Positions 29,179-39,287 of a stretch of 64,000 bases of DNA are shown one piece after another. How positions within the stretch are numbered: position 1 is the stretch's first letter; every line of letters starts with the position of its first letter. Below the pieces are notes generated by a model. The model saw nothing but the letters and a program-made list of their open reading frames with translations, ran no database searches and was not told the origin of the DNA. The position numbers and the translations under genes were made by a program. The stretch is from Candidatus Poribacteria bacterium (GTDB lineage: Bacteria > Poribacteria > WGA-4E > WGA-3G), in contig JAGFCB010000014.1 in NCBI GenBank assembly GCA_022394775.1, positions 7,715 to 71,714 of the forward strand, written 5' to 3'.

Positions 29179-30135
29179 ATGCAAAATCCAATCATCGGGC
29201 ATCAACAGATTGTTGAGCAACTCCAGCATACCGTGGCATCAGACCGTATCGCTGGCGCATATCTTTTCGTCGGACCAACAGGTGTTGGAAAAGAGACTGT
29301 CGCACGCTATTTCGCACAACTCATCTTCTGTGAGCAAGAGGCGCAGCCTCCCATTGTATGCGGCGAGTGTCTCGCTTGCCGCAAGGTGGATTCTGGAAAT
29401 CACCCAGATTTACAGTTTATCCGACCTGAAGGCAGCCTACTGAAAATTGGACAAATTCGGGAATTACAAAAACAGATTATTTATGAACCCCTTGAAGCAC
29501 ACCGGAAGGTCTACATCTTGACGGATGTCGAGCGGATGAACGCAGAGGCAGAAAATTGTTTACTTAAGACCCTTGAGGAACCACCTGCATCCTCCGTTTT
29601 AATCCTACTGACATCAAACATCCGGGCATTGCTACCAACCACGCGTTCCCGATGCCAAATTCTGCAATTCCATCCGATGCCGACACAGGAATTAACCGAA
29701 ATCTTGGTGGAAAGGTTTTCAGTGGCGCCGGAGCAAGCGACGACACTCGCCATTACTGCCGACGGCGCGATCGGAAAAGCACTCACGCAACTTGAAAAAG
29801 GTGATACATTTGCAGAAGAAGTCCCCGAAATCCTCAAGACAACGGATCGATTAGCTGCTTTCAGACTCGCCGAGCATTTCAAAGATAATCCTGATACTTT
29901 AGGCGAGTTAGTCACATGGTATCGCGATTTACTCTTCTTACAACAAGGCGCGCCCAATGACCTCATAACACACATCCACTCTCTTAGGGAACTCCAATCT
30001 ATTGTCCCGCGCTACTCTCGGTTACGTCTACAACAAGCCATCCAGACGGTATTTGACACCAAATCCCTCATCGAAAACACAAACACAAACGCCACCTTAG
30101 CCTTAGAGGTCATGTGTTTGAAGTTACTCAAATAG
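29179..30135 (+). CDS. holB: DNA polymerase III delta' subunit
   Basis: AYLFVGPTGVGK, zinc module CGECLAC, HPDL, NCLLKTLEEP, RSRC. Follows tmk. Confidence 0.9.
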   Translation: MQNPIIGHQQIVEQLQHTVASDRIAGAYLFVGPTGVGKETVARYFAQLIFCEQEAQPPIVCGECLACRKVDSGNHPDLQFIRPEGSLLKIGQIRELQKQIIYEPLEAHRKVYILTDVERMNAEAENCLLKTLEEPPASSVLILLTSNIRALLPTTRSRCQILQFHPMPTQELTEILVERFSVAPEQATTLAITADGAIGKALTQLEKGDTFAEEVPEILKTTDRLAAFRLAEHFKDNPDTLGELVTWYRDLLFLQQGAPNDLITHIHSLRELQSIVPRYSRLRLQQAIQTVFDTKSLIENTNTNATLALEVMCLKLLK

Positions 30136-30150
30136 ATGTTATCTCCCCTT

Positions 30151-30194
30151 TGACAGCCAACTACTGACCGCTGATTGCTGATGGCTGATAGCCG
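30151..30194 (+). repeat. Heptamer tandem repeats (CTGAYNG-like)
   Basis: ctgaccg-ctgattg-ctgatgg-ctgatag. Similar array at about 806-828. Confidence 0.6.
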
Positions 30195-30264
30195 AGCAGG
30201 ACTATTTAGTTTTCGGCTTTGATTTTGATTTTGGTTTATGTAAGTTGACGTTTTCTTATCGAAG

Positions 30265-30289
30265 ATCGCGAGCACAGCTCGCTCCTACA
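30265..30289 (-). repeat. REP-like GTAG palindrome
   Basis: Minus strand tGTAGgagcgagc-tgt-gctcgcgat. Confidence 0.6.
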
Positions 30290-30359
30290 GAAGATAAGAT
30301 AGTCACATATAAAGTGAATATGTAAAACTAAATAGCCCTGGATAGCCGAGAAACAGAGA

Positions 30360-30388
30360 TTGACAAACGGATTTCCTCGTGGTATAAT
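30360..30388 (+). promoter_or_regulatory. Consensus sigma70 promoter for metG
   Basis: TTGACA-17 bp-TATAAT with TG extension. Confidence 0.8.
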
Positions 30389-30440
30389 TCTTACCAAATT
30401 AGTCAATACTGCCTGAACTGGAGTCCCGAAAAGGAATATA

Positions 30441-32336
30441 ATGAGCACATTTTACGTCACCACCCCTATCTACTACGTGAATGGCGAACCGCATGCAGGA
30501 CACGCCTATACCACTATCATCGCTGATGTTTTGGCGCGTTATCACCGTATCAAAGGCGATGAGGTGTTCTTCCTGACTGGCGTTGATGAACACGGGGCAA
30601 ACATACATAAAGCCGCTGAGAACGCAGGACTTGCTCCACAAGACTATTGCAATAAAATGGCACCTACGTTTACAAAACTTTGGGAACGGTTGAATATCTC
30701 GCACGACATCTTCATGCGGACAACAAGCGATATGCACAAAAGCGGCGCGGAGAAATTCCTCACCGCCCTCTATGATAGTGGCGATGTCTATAAAGGTTCT
30801 TATGAGGGGCATTATTGCCGACCGTGCGAGCGGTTTGTCCCTGAAAAAGAGTTGACGGACGAAAAGATCTGCCCGATTCATAAATTGCCTTTGGAATGGC
30901 TCGAAGAGGAAAACTACTTCTTTAGACTTTCTAAGTATCAAGATCGCTTACTCACACATTTTCACGAGAATCCCGACTTTGTCTACCCCGCAGCTCGACG
31001 CAATGAACTTTTGAGCGTACTTGATTCCGGATTGGAAGACATAAGCATATCTCGCTCCTCTGTTTCATGGGGAATTTCCTTACCCTTTGATCGCGAGCAT
31101 ATCGTCTATGTCTGGATTGAAGCGTTAATGAACTATATGACAGCACTCGGTTATGAAACCGATGATAAGCAGTACCGTACTTTTTGGCCCGCTGATGTCC
31201 ACATGATGGCAAAGGATATCTCCCGTTTTCACGCGCTGATCTGGCCCGCAATGCTAATGGCTGTTAACTTGCCACTTCCAAAACAGGTTGTTGCGCACGG
31301 TTGGCTGACGAAGGACGGCGAAGCATTGAGCAAAACGCGAGGCATTGCCATTGATATGGACACGGACATTGATACCTACGGATTGGATACATTCCGTTAT
31401 TATCTTCTGCGCGAATTTAGTTTCGGAAACGATGGTGATTATCGTCCTACCCGTTTGCATGCACGCTACAACGCTGATCTCGCGAACGACCTCGGCAATC
31501 TGCTCAATCGCGTCCTCGGTTTACTCAACAAGAACTTTGAGGCAATTCCTCCACCGACAACGCCCGGGGAATTCGACGACGAAATCAAGGAAATGGCACA
31601 GACGACGGTAGATAAATTAGATGCGCATATAAACGCATTCGCGTTTGATGCTGCATTGGAGACTATCTGGGAATTTGTGCGACGCATCAATCGGTATATC
31701 CAACAGACCCAAGTCTGGACGCTCGCGAAGCCAGAGACGAAGCCGAGAATGGGAACGATCCTGTACAATAGTTTAGAAGCACTCCGCGTCATCTCTGTGT
31801 TGATTGCCCCCTTTATTCCGGAAACTGCTCAGAAAATTCAGAAACAGATCGGTTTATCCGAATTTGATACCGCCGCAGAGTGGGGACGCTTACCTGTAGA
31901 TATTGCCGTTAGCAGAGGTGAACCCATCTTCCCGCGGGTTGATACAAAAGATCAGAAACAGGCACGACCTGAAAAAGCAGCGAAGCCGAAGCCGAAGACG
32001 GCAAAGCAAACAACCGACTTAGTCTCCTTCGCGGATTTCCAAAAGTTGGATCTTCGGGTCGCGCGTATTCTCACTGCTGAACCCATTGAAGGTGCGGACC
32101 GACTCCTCAAGTTGCAAGTAGACCTCGGTACTGAGAAACGGCAAGTCGTCGCAGGGATTGCCGAACACTATACCTCTGAAACCCTCGTAGGCAAACAGAT
32201 AATCATCGTCGCGAATCTTGAACCCGCAACTATCCGTGGTGTCGAATCACACGGTATGATTCTCGCAGGCAGCGCGGACGCTGTAGTTTTAGCGACCCTT
32301 GAAACCGAAATGCCCCTCGGCACACAGGTAAGGTAG
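30441..32336 (+). CDS. metG: Methionyl-tRNA synthetase with C-terminal tRNA-binding domain
   Basis: TTPIYYVN, HAGH (HIGH), GVDEHG, zinc knuckle, ALSKT (KMSKS variant), C-terminal OB-fold. Confidence 0.96.
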   Translation: MSTFYVTTPIYYVNGEPHAGHAYTTIIADVLARYHRIKGDEVFFLTGVDEHGANIHKAAENAGLAPQDYCNKMAPTFTKLWERLNISHDIFMRTTSDMHKSGAEKFLTALYDSGDVYKGSYEGHYCRPCERFVPEKELTDEKICPIHKLPLEWLEEENYFFRLSKYQDRLLTHFHENPDFVYPAARRNELLSVLDSGLEDISISRSSVSWGISLPFDREHIVYVWIEALMNYMTALGYETDDKQYRTFWPADVHMMAKDISRFHALIWPAMLMAVNLPLPKQVVAHGWLTKDGEALSKTRGIAIDMDTDIDTYGLDTFRYYLLREFSFGNDGDYRPTRLHARYNADLANDLGNLLNRVLGLLNKNFEAIPPPTTPGEFDDEIKEMAQTTVDKLDAHINAFAFDAALETIWEFVRRINRYIQQTQVWTLAKPETKPRMGTILYNSLEALRVISVLIAPFIPETAQKIQKQIGLSEFDTAAEWGRLPVDIAVSRGEPIFPRVDTKDQKQARPEKAAKPKPKTAKQTTDLVSFADFQKLDLRVARILTAEPIEGADRLLKLQVDLGTEKRQVVAGIAEHYTSETLVGKQIIIVANLEPATIRGVESHGMILAGSADAVVLATLETEMPLGTQVR

Positions 32337-32360
32337 TAGGCACACTCCGCGTGCCGTAAC
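32333..32360 (+). repeat. REP-like GTAGTAGGCAC element overlapping the metG stop
   Basis: gtagtaggcacactccgcgtgccgtaac. Siblings at 40947 and 61718. Confidence 0.7.
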
Positions 32361-32362
32361 AA

Positions 32363-35300
32363 ATGCAAGATATAGAAAACACCCTTAAAACCCGCATCCT
32401 GAACGATCAAGCGGACACCTTCATCGTCATTGTGCCGACCGATGCCGCACGTTTACATCGCCAACGCGAATTGGTCGGTTATCATCCTAACGGCGCAGTT
32501 GTCAATTTAGGCGTGTATACCAGTGTGGAGTTCATTCAAAAGCTATACCGTCAAACTCGATCACCAAGGCAACATATTTTATCAGGAATCCAACACCTTT
32601 GGCTTCACGAAATAGCAGATCCTGAGGCTGACAATACCGACCTATATAACACATTTCGTCCAATCCAAAATACCGCCATCCCCGACAGTACACTCTCCCT
32701 CATCTTGGACACGATAAATCACCTTAGAGACCAAGGAGAGACTGAACCTAACTTTGTAGAAGATAATCTAATCCAAGTAGATCTGGCTCACCTTTACAGC
32801 GAATATGAGGCGAAACTTGGGAACCAATGGATAGATGAGAAGGGCAGACACCATTATCTTGCAAACAATTTCAAAAAAGAGTTCATCAAGAACGCATTTT
32901 TTGGTGTTGATCTTGTTGTTTTTGAAGGTTTTACTTTGATTTCAAAAGCCGATATTAAACTCTTGAAACACATTGCGGAGATACCTAACATAGAGATGTG
33001 GTTTCGCACCGATTGTGTTGAAGACAATAAAGCCCTTTATAAAAATATTATTGACCTCGTCTCACAATTTAAAGACACAAATGCTCACATTGATACCAAC
33101 TATGAACAGGATCCTAATCAACATAAACATTTCGCTGAGAACCTGTTCAAAACGAATGTTACCTTGGAGACCCCCAAAACTGATCTAACAGAGAAAATTA
33201 AGGTTTTAAAGCCATCTGATCGATCCGAAGAGGTGGAGCAGATCGCTCATCTAATTCAGCAACGGGTCTTAAGTACCGACTGTAAAATGGGTGAAATTTG
33301 TGTTGTATTCTACAATATAGGTAATTACCAACAGCGAATTGCAGAAGTTTTTCCGACGTATGGCCTCCCATATTCACTCGTTGAAAATGTGTCATTAATG
33401 AAATCAGAGGTTGTTAAAGAAATCTTTTCTCACCTTTCACCGCGGCAAACTCCCATCGGTAACACCTATTTTCCTAACGTTAAGTCTAAATCACGTCCAG
33501 ACGATTTGTCTCCCGACGAATTTAAGAATTACATCAATAACTTTCTCGAATCCGAGGAAGTCATTCTCACTATTTTAAACCCGATGCTATTGAAAAATAG
33601 AAAAATTGTTGAAGGCGAGGTAAACGCATTCCAGCAGTTTCAAAAAATAGTTAAAGGGTTTTGTGACATGCTAAAATCTGAAGAAGATGGGTCATATAAA
33701 TATGAAAATTATATTAATAAACTCAGATATATTGCGAAGCATACCCGCTATCAAAATAGAGCATCGGTAAATGCGGAAACTGTTAAGATCTTTTCACTGA
33801 GTGAACTCACAAGTTTAGCATATACTAATGAACTCAGAAGTTTAGAGTTTGACACCGTCTTTTTAGGCGATTTTGTAGAGGGTAGGTTTCCAGAAAATTA
33901 TCGTCCAGATCCGTTATTACCAGAAAACCCTTATCGCAATGAAGAAGAGCAATTACACGATAACCGATTCATATTCTATCGGGTTCTCAAGTCTTTTCGC
34001 GAACGACTCTACCTCCTTGTACCACAACGCGAGCGCGAAGCAGAACAGATCCCTTCTCCTTTTCTTGGAGAATTAAAAGCAATCGCTGACATTGACGAAA
34101 CCCAGGATATTCCAAATCCTTCACAAGGTAGTGTAACCGGTTTCCTCAGTGCGTACGGAGATCATGTTTGGATGGCACCGACCGCTGCCGATGGAGAATT
34201 CCCTCCTGAAATTGCGAATATGCGTCCGCTGATAGACCACGTCGTTAAAATTGAGAAGAGCCGCGAGACGACACATAAATATTTGGATTATGAAGGCGTG
34301 TTAACGGCAGAAATGCTTTCTCCCGAAAGCCGAAATCAGTTGCAAAGCCTTCACGATGAACTATATTCTGTCACAGCATTGGAAACTTACGCCAAGTGTC
34401 CTTTTCAGTACTTTGTGGGTAACGTTTTGAAACTCGGTGTTAAAGATGAAGAGGAGGAAGATGAATTATCAAGCTTGGAGAGAGGAAAACTCCTTCACAA
34501 AGTTCTCTTCACATTCTTCTATAATCGCCGAGACCGAAGGGATCCACCTATCCCGCAATGTGTTGACAATGACTTTGAAAAAGCGAAACGCCAATTGAAT
34601 GAAATTTTACAAGATGCCGCTGAGGAACGCCGCGGAGAGCGAAACGAGCCACCCATCGGAGCGAACAATCTCTTTTGGGAAACTGATATAGCGAAACTGC
34701 GTGTTGCCCTGCACAAATGGCTCGAAGCAGAGCGCAGTTCCGATTTACCGCTCATACCAAGTTACTTTGAAGTCAACTTCGGGCAGGCGGGCGAACCGGC
34801 AGATTCCGAACTCAGTTGTACGAAGCCAATCCGTATCGGTGATGTGCGTATGAAGGGTAAAATAGATCGCCTTGATCTCGGCAATGGTGCCTTTAATATT
34901 ATTGACTATAAGACCGGCAGTTCCACGATTAGAATGCCGGAGATCCGTAGCGGACGGAGTCTCCAACTCCCCATCTATCTACGCATTGCACAGGAATTGC
35001 TAAACGACGGGTTAGAGCCAGCAGCAGGACTCTATTATAAAATCAGACTGGACCAATTCACAGCAGAACTGGGCATCGGAACGGAATCCCAAAACGGAGC
35101 CACTTACAACAGTTACAACGGTACAGGCTGGAAATCGGTGCATTCAAGAAGTGGGCAGTTATTAGCGGATGAAATTTTCGATGACCGACTTATGTGCGTC
35201 AGTGGCTATGTTCAGCAATACGTTGAGAGTATATCTAATGGTACATTTCCACTCATTACACGCGTCGAGACATTTGTGGATTCAGAGGAAGAAGGCGACG

Positions 35301-35404
35301 CACCCATCACACCTAAAAACAAAACGGAACCTTGCAGCTATTGCGATTATAAACGAGTCTGCCGCGTCGGGGCGTTCGTTGAAGCAAGTGAATCAGACGA
35401 ATAG
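32363..35404 (+). CDS. AddB/RexB-like PD-(D/E)XK nuclease with Fe-S staple
   Basis: YSVTALETYAKCPF, ERGKLLH, GKIDRLD, IIDYKTG, LQLPIY, CSYCDYKRVC. Degenerate helicase-like N-terminal half. Confidence 0.8.
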   Translation: MQDIENTLKTRILNDQADTFIVIVPTDAARLHRQRELVGYHPNGAVVNLGVYTSVEFIQKLYRQTRSPRQHILSGIQHLWLHEIADPEADNTDLYNTFRPIQNTAIPDSTLSLILDTINHLRDQGETEPNFVEDNLIQVDLAHLYSEYEAKLGNQWIDEKGRHHYLANNFKKEFIKNAFFGVDLVVFEGFTLISKADIKLLKHIAEIPNIEMWFRTDCVEDNKALYKNIIDLVSQFKDTNAHIDTNYEQDPNQHKHFAENLFKTNVTLETPKTDLTEKIKVLKPSDRSEEVEQIAHLIQQRVLSTDCKMGEICVVFYNIGNYQQRIAEVFPTYGLPYSLVENVSLMKSEVVKEIFSHLSPRQTPIGNTYFPNVKSKSRPDDLSPDEFKNYINNFLESEEVILTILNPMLLKNRKIVEGEVNAFQQFQKIVKGFCDMLKSEEDGSYKYENYINKLRYIAKHTRYQNRASVNAETVKIFSLSELTSLAYTNELRSLEFDTVFLGDFVEGRFPENYRPDPLLPENPYRNEEEQLHDNRFIFYRVLKSFRERLYLLVPQREREAEQIPSPFLGELKAIADIDETQDIPNPSQGSVTGFLSAYGDHVWMAPTAADGEFPPEIANMRPLIDHVVKIEKSRETTHKYLDYEGVLTAEMLSPESRNQLQSLHDELYSVTALETYAKCPFQYFVGNVLKLGVKDEEEEDELSSLERGKLLHKVLFTFFYNRRDRRDPPIPQCVDNDFEKAKRQLNEILQDAAEERRGERNEPPIGANNLFWETDIAKLRVALHKWLEAERSSDLPLIPSYFEVNFGQAGEPADSELSCTKPIRIGDVRMKGKIDRLDLGNGAFNIIDYKTGSSTIRMPEIRSGRSLQLPIYLRIAQELLNDGLEPAAGLYYKIRLDQFTAELGIGTESQNGATYNSYNGTGWKSVHSRSGQLLADEIFDDRLMCVSGYVQQYVESISNGTFPLITRVETFVDSEEEGDAPITPKNKTEPCSYCDYKRVCRVGAFVEASESDE

Positions 35405-35434
35405 CCTGCCTTCCACTATTTCCTGAGAAAAAAC

Positions 35435-35463
35435 TTGCACACTTCTGCTAAATCTGCTATACT
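35435..35463 (+). promoter_or_regulatory. Sigma70-type promoter for sodA
   Basis: TTGCAC-17 bp-TATACT with TG extension. Confidence 0.6.
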
Positions 35464-35552
35464 CTTGTAGATTTTTTAAGGACATTGTTTGCAACCCTAT
35501 AGCACGCGGTTTGCAAGCGTATGAAAAAAATAAAATAGGAGGCTATTTTTAA

Positions 35553-36158
35553 ATGGCACACACATTACCAGCGCTCCCTTACGCGCACGATGCTTTGGCA
35601 CCTCACATCGGTGCTGATACGATGGAAATTCATCACGGCAAACACCATCAAGGCTACGTCAATAATCTTAACGCTGCTTTAGAAGGACTCGGTGCCCTCG
35701 CCGATATGGATGTTCACGAACTCCTCCAGAATCTTGACCAGGTTCCAGAAGACAAGCGTCAAGCCGTCATTAACAACGGTGGCGGACACGCCAATCATTC
35801 ACTCTTTTGGTCCATTATGAGCCCTAACGGTGGCGAGCCCGGCGGTGAAATCGCAGCAGCGATAACCTCCACCTTTGGGTCACTTGAGGCTGCAAATGAA
35901 GCGTTCACGACTGCAGCCGCCACACGTTTCGGATCCGGTTGGGCATGGCTCGTCCTCGGCGACAACGGCTTGGAAATCTACTCCACCGCAAATCAGGACA
36001 GCCCGATTATGCAGGGGCATACCCCACTTCTCGGAATTGATGTCTGGGAACACGCATACTATCTCAACTACCAGAATCGCCGTCCAGATTACATTGAAGC
36101 TTGGAAGAATGTCATCAACTGGTCACGGGTTAACGAGCTCTACGTAGCGAACGCTTAA
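35553..36158 (+). CDS. sodA: Superoxide dismutase, Mn-type signature
   Basis: [27 protein letters not shown]. Confidence 0.93.
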   Translation: MAHTLPALPYAHDALAPHIGADTMEIHHGKHHQGYVNNLNAALEGLGALADMDVHELLQNLDQVPEDKRQAVINNGGGHANHSLFWSIMSPNGGEPGGEIAAAITSTFGSLEAANEAFTTAAATRFGSGWAWLVLGDNGLEIYSTANQDSPIMQGHTPLLGIDVWEHAYYLNYQNRRPDYIEAWKNVINWSRVNELYVANA

Positions 36159-36181
36159 CGTCCATATAACTTTTGGGTGTC

Positions 36182-36222
36182 GTAGGGGTAGGTCTGAGCA
36201 GCATTTCAAACCTACCCTCTAC
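36182..36222. repeat. GTAG...CTAC hairpin after sodA (REP-like or terminator)
   Basis: gtaggggtaggt ... acctaccctctac. Confidence 0.5.
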
Positions 36223-36272
36223 TTCCCAAAACAGCATTTGTCCGCTCAAATTACCTACCGGATTAAAATTTC

Positions 36273-36301
36273 TTGACATCTCTCTTTAAATGTGTTATAC
36301 T
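36273..36301 (+). promoter_or_regulatory. Sigma70 promoter of the T-box/ilvBNC transcript
   Basis: TTGACA-17 bp-TATACT with TG extension. Confidence 0.8.
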
Positions 36302-36383
36302 TAAAATGTAAATATAATTTAGCACGCCCTGAAACTTCATAAAACGGGGTGCGTAATTAACATTTAAATAGATTACCAAAAAA

Positions 36384-36705
36384 GCGTTGAAAGGGAGGAG
36401 TAAGTCGTCCGGGCTTGCGAGAGATGGAAACTCACCGGCTGAAAGGTTTCCTCAAGTTCCCTCGACTGAAGGTCGCCCTGGAGCTGCTAATCTGAACAAT
36501 TGTAGGTGCGAGTTTCGCTCGCGACAGGTAGGATTGGTCGGTGTGATGCCCGTTATCGCATCCCAAAGAGTGCTCTTTCTCATTGTAGGCGGGCTTTGTA
36601 AGCCCGATACCTCCAATAAAAATGGGAAGAGAATTGGAGTGGTACCACGGTAAGGCAAGTGTAATGCCCTTCTCGTCTCCATGTTTGGAACGAGAAGGTT
36701 TTTTT
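36384..36705 (+). promoter_or_regulatory. T-box riboswitch (transcriptional), predicted Val(GUC) specifier
   Basis: Stem I has AGUA/GAA S-turn, GAGA bulge and GCUGAA loop; specifier context GAA-G-GUC-G (36468-36475). T-box GGAG-UGGUACC-ACG (36636-36649) pairs with CGUCUCC (36674-36680). Terminator ccttctcgt...acgagaagg plus U-tract (36668-36705). Confidence 0.88.
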
Positions 36706-36890
36706 AATTTCACTCCTTTGACCTGCGTACCTGTTGTTCATTTTCTCCGTTGTCGAAAAATCGGGCTTGTTTCAGTTTATATGAGTGTTTGCTCAGCACG
36801 CCTTAGAAGGGTATTGAACTGAACCTAAACCCGTTTTGAACAACGAACAAAACGGTCAAAAACTGAATCTTTAAAAAAAGGAAAATTGGC

Positions 36891-38567
36891 ATGGAACTTT
36901 CAGGAGCACAAATCCTGGTTGATGGTCTCAAGCGGGAAGGTGTCGAATATATCTTCGGTGTCAACGGTGGCGCAGCGATGCCGATTTTCGATGCTCTGTA
37001 CGGCGAGACCGAAGTTAAATTAATTCCGATGCGGCATGAACAAGGGGCTTCCCACGCCGCTGATGGCTACGCGCGCGCCACAGGGAAAGTCGGCGTTGCA
37101 CTCGCAACCTCCGGTCCCGGCGCGACCAACCTCGTCACTGGTATCGCTACTGCCTATATGGATTCTATTCCGATGGTCGCGATTACTGGACAGGTTTTTA
37201 CTCACTATATTGGCAGTGATGCATTCCAAGAATGTGATGTTATTGGCGTAACGCGTCCGATTTGTAAGCACAGTTACCTCATTAAAAGCAGTGACGAAAT
37301 CGCGGATGTTGTCGCTGAAGCGTTTCACATCGCAAAAACTGGGAAACCGGGACCTGTTATCATTGATATCGCCAAAGATGCCCAGAACAATGAAGCACTG
37401 TTTCAGTATCCAGAAACGGTTGACATCCGCAGCTACAAACCCCAAGTTCATGGCGACCCAGGACAAATTGCAAAGGCAGCGGCACTAATTAAAGAAGCCA
37501 AACGTCCCATGCTTTATGCCGGTGGCGGTGTTGTCCTTGCGAATGCCAGCGAAGAACTACGGCAGCTGACTTTGAATACACAAATCCCGATTACTGTCAC
37601 TCTGATGGGGCTTGGTGCGTTCCCTGAGACGCATCCGTTGGCGATGGAGATGCCCGGTATGCACGGCTCTTGTTGCGCAAATTACGCCTTCACCGATTCA
37701 GACCTTGTTATCGCTGTGGGTTCGAGATTCGACGACCGCGTTACAGGTGATCTCAGTAAATTCGCACCTAACGCCAAAAAGATCCACATTGATATTGATG
37801 CGTCTTGTATCGGGAAAAATGTCCCTGTAGATGTCCCCATCGTCGGCGATGCGAAAAGCGTCCTAACGGAGCTCAACAAACAGGTGAGCACTGCGGATAT
37901 CGACCCATGGCGCGCTCAAATTCAGGAGTGGAAACAGAAATATCCGTTTGAATACGAGCAAAAATCGGATGTTGTTATGCCGCAATACGTTATTGAGAAA
38001 ATATATGAGCATTACAGTGATGCCATTGTTGTTGCGGATGTCGGGCAGCACCAGATGTGGGCGGCGCAATACTTCAAATTTACTGAACCTCGACAGTGGC
38101 TCAATTCTGGCGGTCTCGGCACGATGGGCTTTAGCCTCCCTGCCGCAATTGGTGCACAACTCGGATGCCCGGACAAAACCGTCGTCAACATCAACGGGGA
38201 CGGCTCCTATATCATGACGATCCAAGAACTGGTGCCAGCAGTTACGATGAAGCTGCCACTTAAGGTCTTTATCATCAACAATATGTACTTAGGGATGGTG
38301 CGTCAATGGCAGGAACTGTTCCACGGCAAACGCTACTCCGCTGTTGATTATCACGACAACCCTGATTTCGCCTTGCTCGCGCAAGCATTCGGTGCCACAG
38401 GTTTGCGGGTCGAACACCCCGACGACGTTGAACCGGCATTGCAGAAGGCAAAAGGGATTACCGACGGTCCTGTCGTCATTGACTTCATTGTTGATGAAGA
38501 GGAGAACGTGTTCCCAATGGTACCAGCAGGTGCCGGACTTGGAGATGTTATCCGCGGGTTATCTTAA
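36891..38567 (+). CDS. ilvB: Acetolactate synthase large subunit (biosynthetic)
   Basis: RHEQG, TSGPGATN, GMHG, RFDDRVTG, DVGQHQMW, GDGS, LGMVRQWQ. Confidence 0.95.
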   Translation: MELSGAQILVDGLKREGVEYIFGVNGGAAMPIFDALYGETEVKLIPMRHEQGASHAADGYARATGKVGVALATSGPGATNLVTGIATAYMDSIPMVAITGQVFTHYIGSDAFQECDVIGVTRPICKHSYLIKSSDEIADVVAEAFHIAKTGKPGPVIIDIAKDAQNNEALFQYPETVDIRSYKPQVHGDPGQIAKAAALIKEAKRPMLYAGGGVVLANASEELRQLTLNTQIPITVTLMGLGAFPETHPLAMEMPGMHGSCCANYAFTDSDLVIAVGSRFDDRVTGDLSKFAPNAKKIHIDIDASCIGKNVPVDVPIVGDAKSVLTELNKQVSTADIDPWRAQIQEWKQKYPFEYEQKSDVVMPQYVIEKIYEHYSDAIVVADVGQHQMWAAQYFKFTEPRQWLNSGGLGTMGFSLPAAIGAQLGCPDKTVVNINGDGSYIMTIQELVPAVTMKLPLKVFIINNMYLGMVRQWQELFHGKRYSAVDYHDNPDFALLAQAFGATGLRVEHPDDVEPALQKAKGITDGPVVIDFIVDEEENVFPMVPAGAGLGDVIRGLS

Positions 38568-38658
38568 GATTTTCATCATTAACTGCTTTGGGCACTGCCT
38601 CATTACATTACGCAATCGTTTCTGGTGAAGAATAAACCCTTAACTCAAAAACACAGTC

Positions 38659-38742
38659 CGTAATGGAATGGAGGACGGATATACGGAAAGGCACGGTGAG
38701 TGCCCAACCCCCCCTGACTTAACCGCAAGGTAAAATTAAAAA
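38659..38742 (+). repeat. AACCGCAAGG leader element, copy before ilvN
   Basis: cgtaatggaatggaggacggatatacggaaa-ggcac-ggtga-gtgcc-caaccc...aaccgcaaggtaaaattaaaaa then ATG. Confidence 0.7.
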
Positions 38743-39243
38743 ATGAATCCAGAAGAACGACATATCTTTTCCGTTTTAGTCGAAAACCGATTCGGAGTCC
38801 TCGCCCGTGTTGCAGGACTTTTCAGCGGGCGCGGCTTTAATATCGACAGTCTTAACGTCGCCGAGACGCATGACAAAAGCATTTCCCAGATAACCCTTGT
38901 CACGCACGGGGACGCACAGATCATTGAACAGATCTATCACCATTTAAACAGACTCATTGACGTTATTGAGGTGACCGACCTCTCCACCGCTGGAACGCAT
39001 GTTGAGCGAGAACTTGTCCTTATCAAGATCGCTACCGATGATCCTCAAAAACGTACCGAGGTTCTACAAGTCGCGGAAGTCTTCCGAGGGCGGGTTATAG
39101 ATATGAAGCCTGCCTCACTTGTCCTTGAAGTTACAGGGGATGAAGGGAAATTGAAAGCGGCGATTGATGTTTTCAATACGTACGGTATCCTTGAGTTAGC
39201 ACGCACCGGCAAAATAGCGATGCTGCGTGGATCTGAAAAATAA
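38743..39243 (+). CDS. ilvN: Acetolactate synthase small subunit
   Basis: LVENRFGVLARVAGLFSGRGFNIDSL, ERELVL, ELARTG. Confidence 0.95.
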   Translation: MNPEERHIFSVLVENRFGVLARVAGLFSGRGFNIDSLNVAETHDKSISQITLVTHGDAQIIEQIYHHLNRLIDVIEVTDLSTAGTHVERELVLIKIATDDPQKRTEVLQVAEVFRGRVIDMKPASLVLEVTGDEGKLKAAIDVFNTYGILELARTGKIAMLRGSEK

Positions 39244-39287
39244 TCTTTTAACGATCCGCAAAGTAAGTCCAAGCATCGCGCCGGGCT

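Noticed and set aside
32363..35404. Cas4 or CRISPR adaptation nuclease
   Set aside because: The four-Cys PD-(D/E)XK domain is shared with AddB. The 1013-aa length and absence of cas1/cas2 favour an AddB-like protein.
36387..36822. Short ORFs upstream of ilvB as leader peptides
   Set aside because: The region is explained by the T-box structure, and there is no compact Ile/Leu/Val-rich attenuator peptide.
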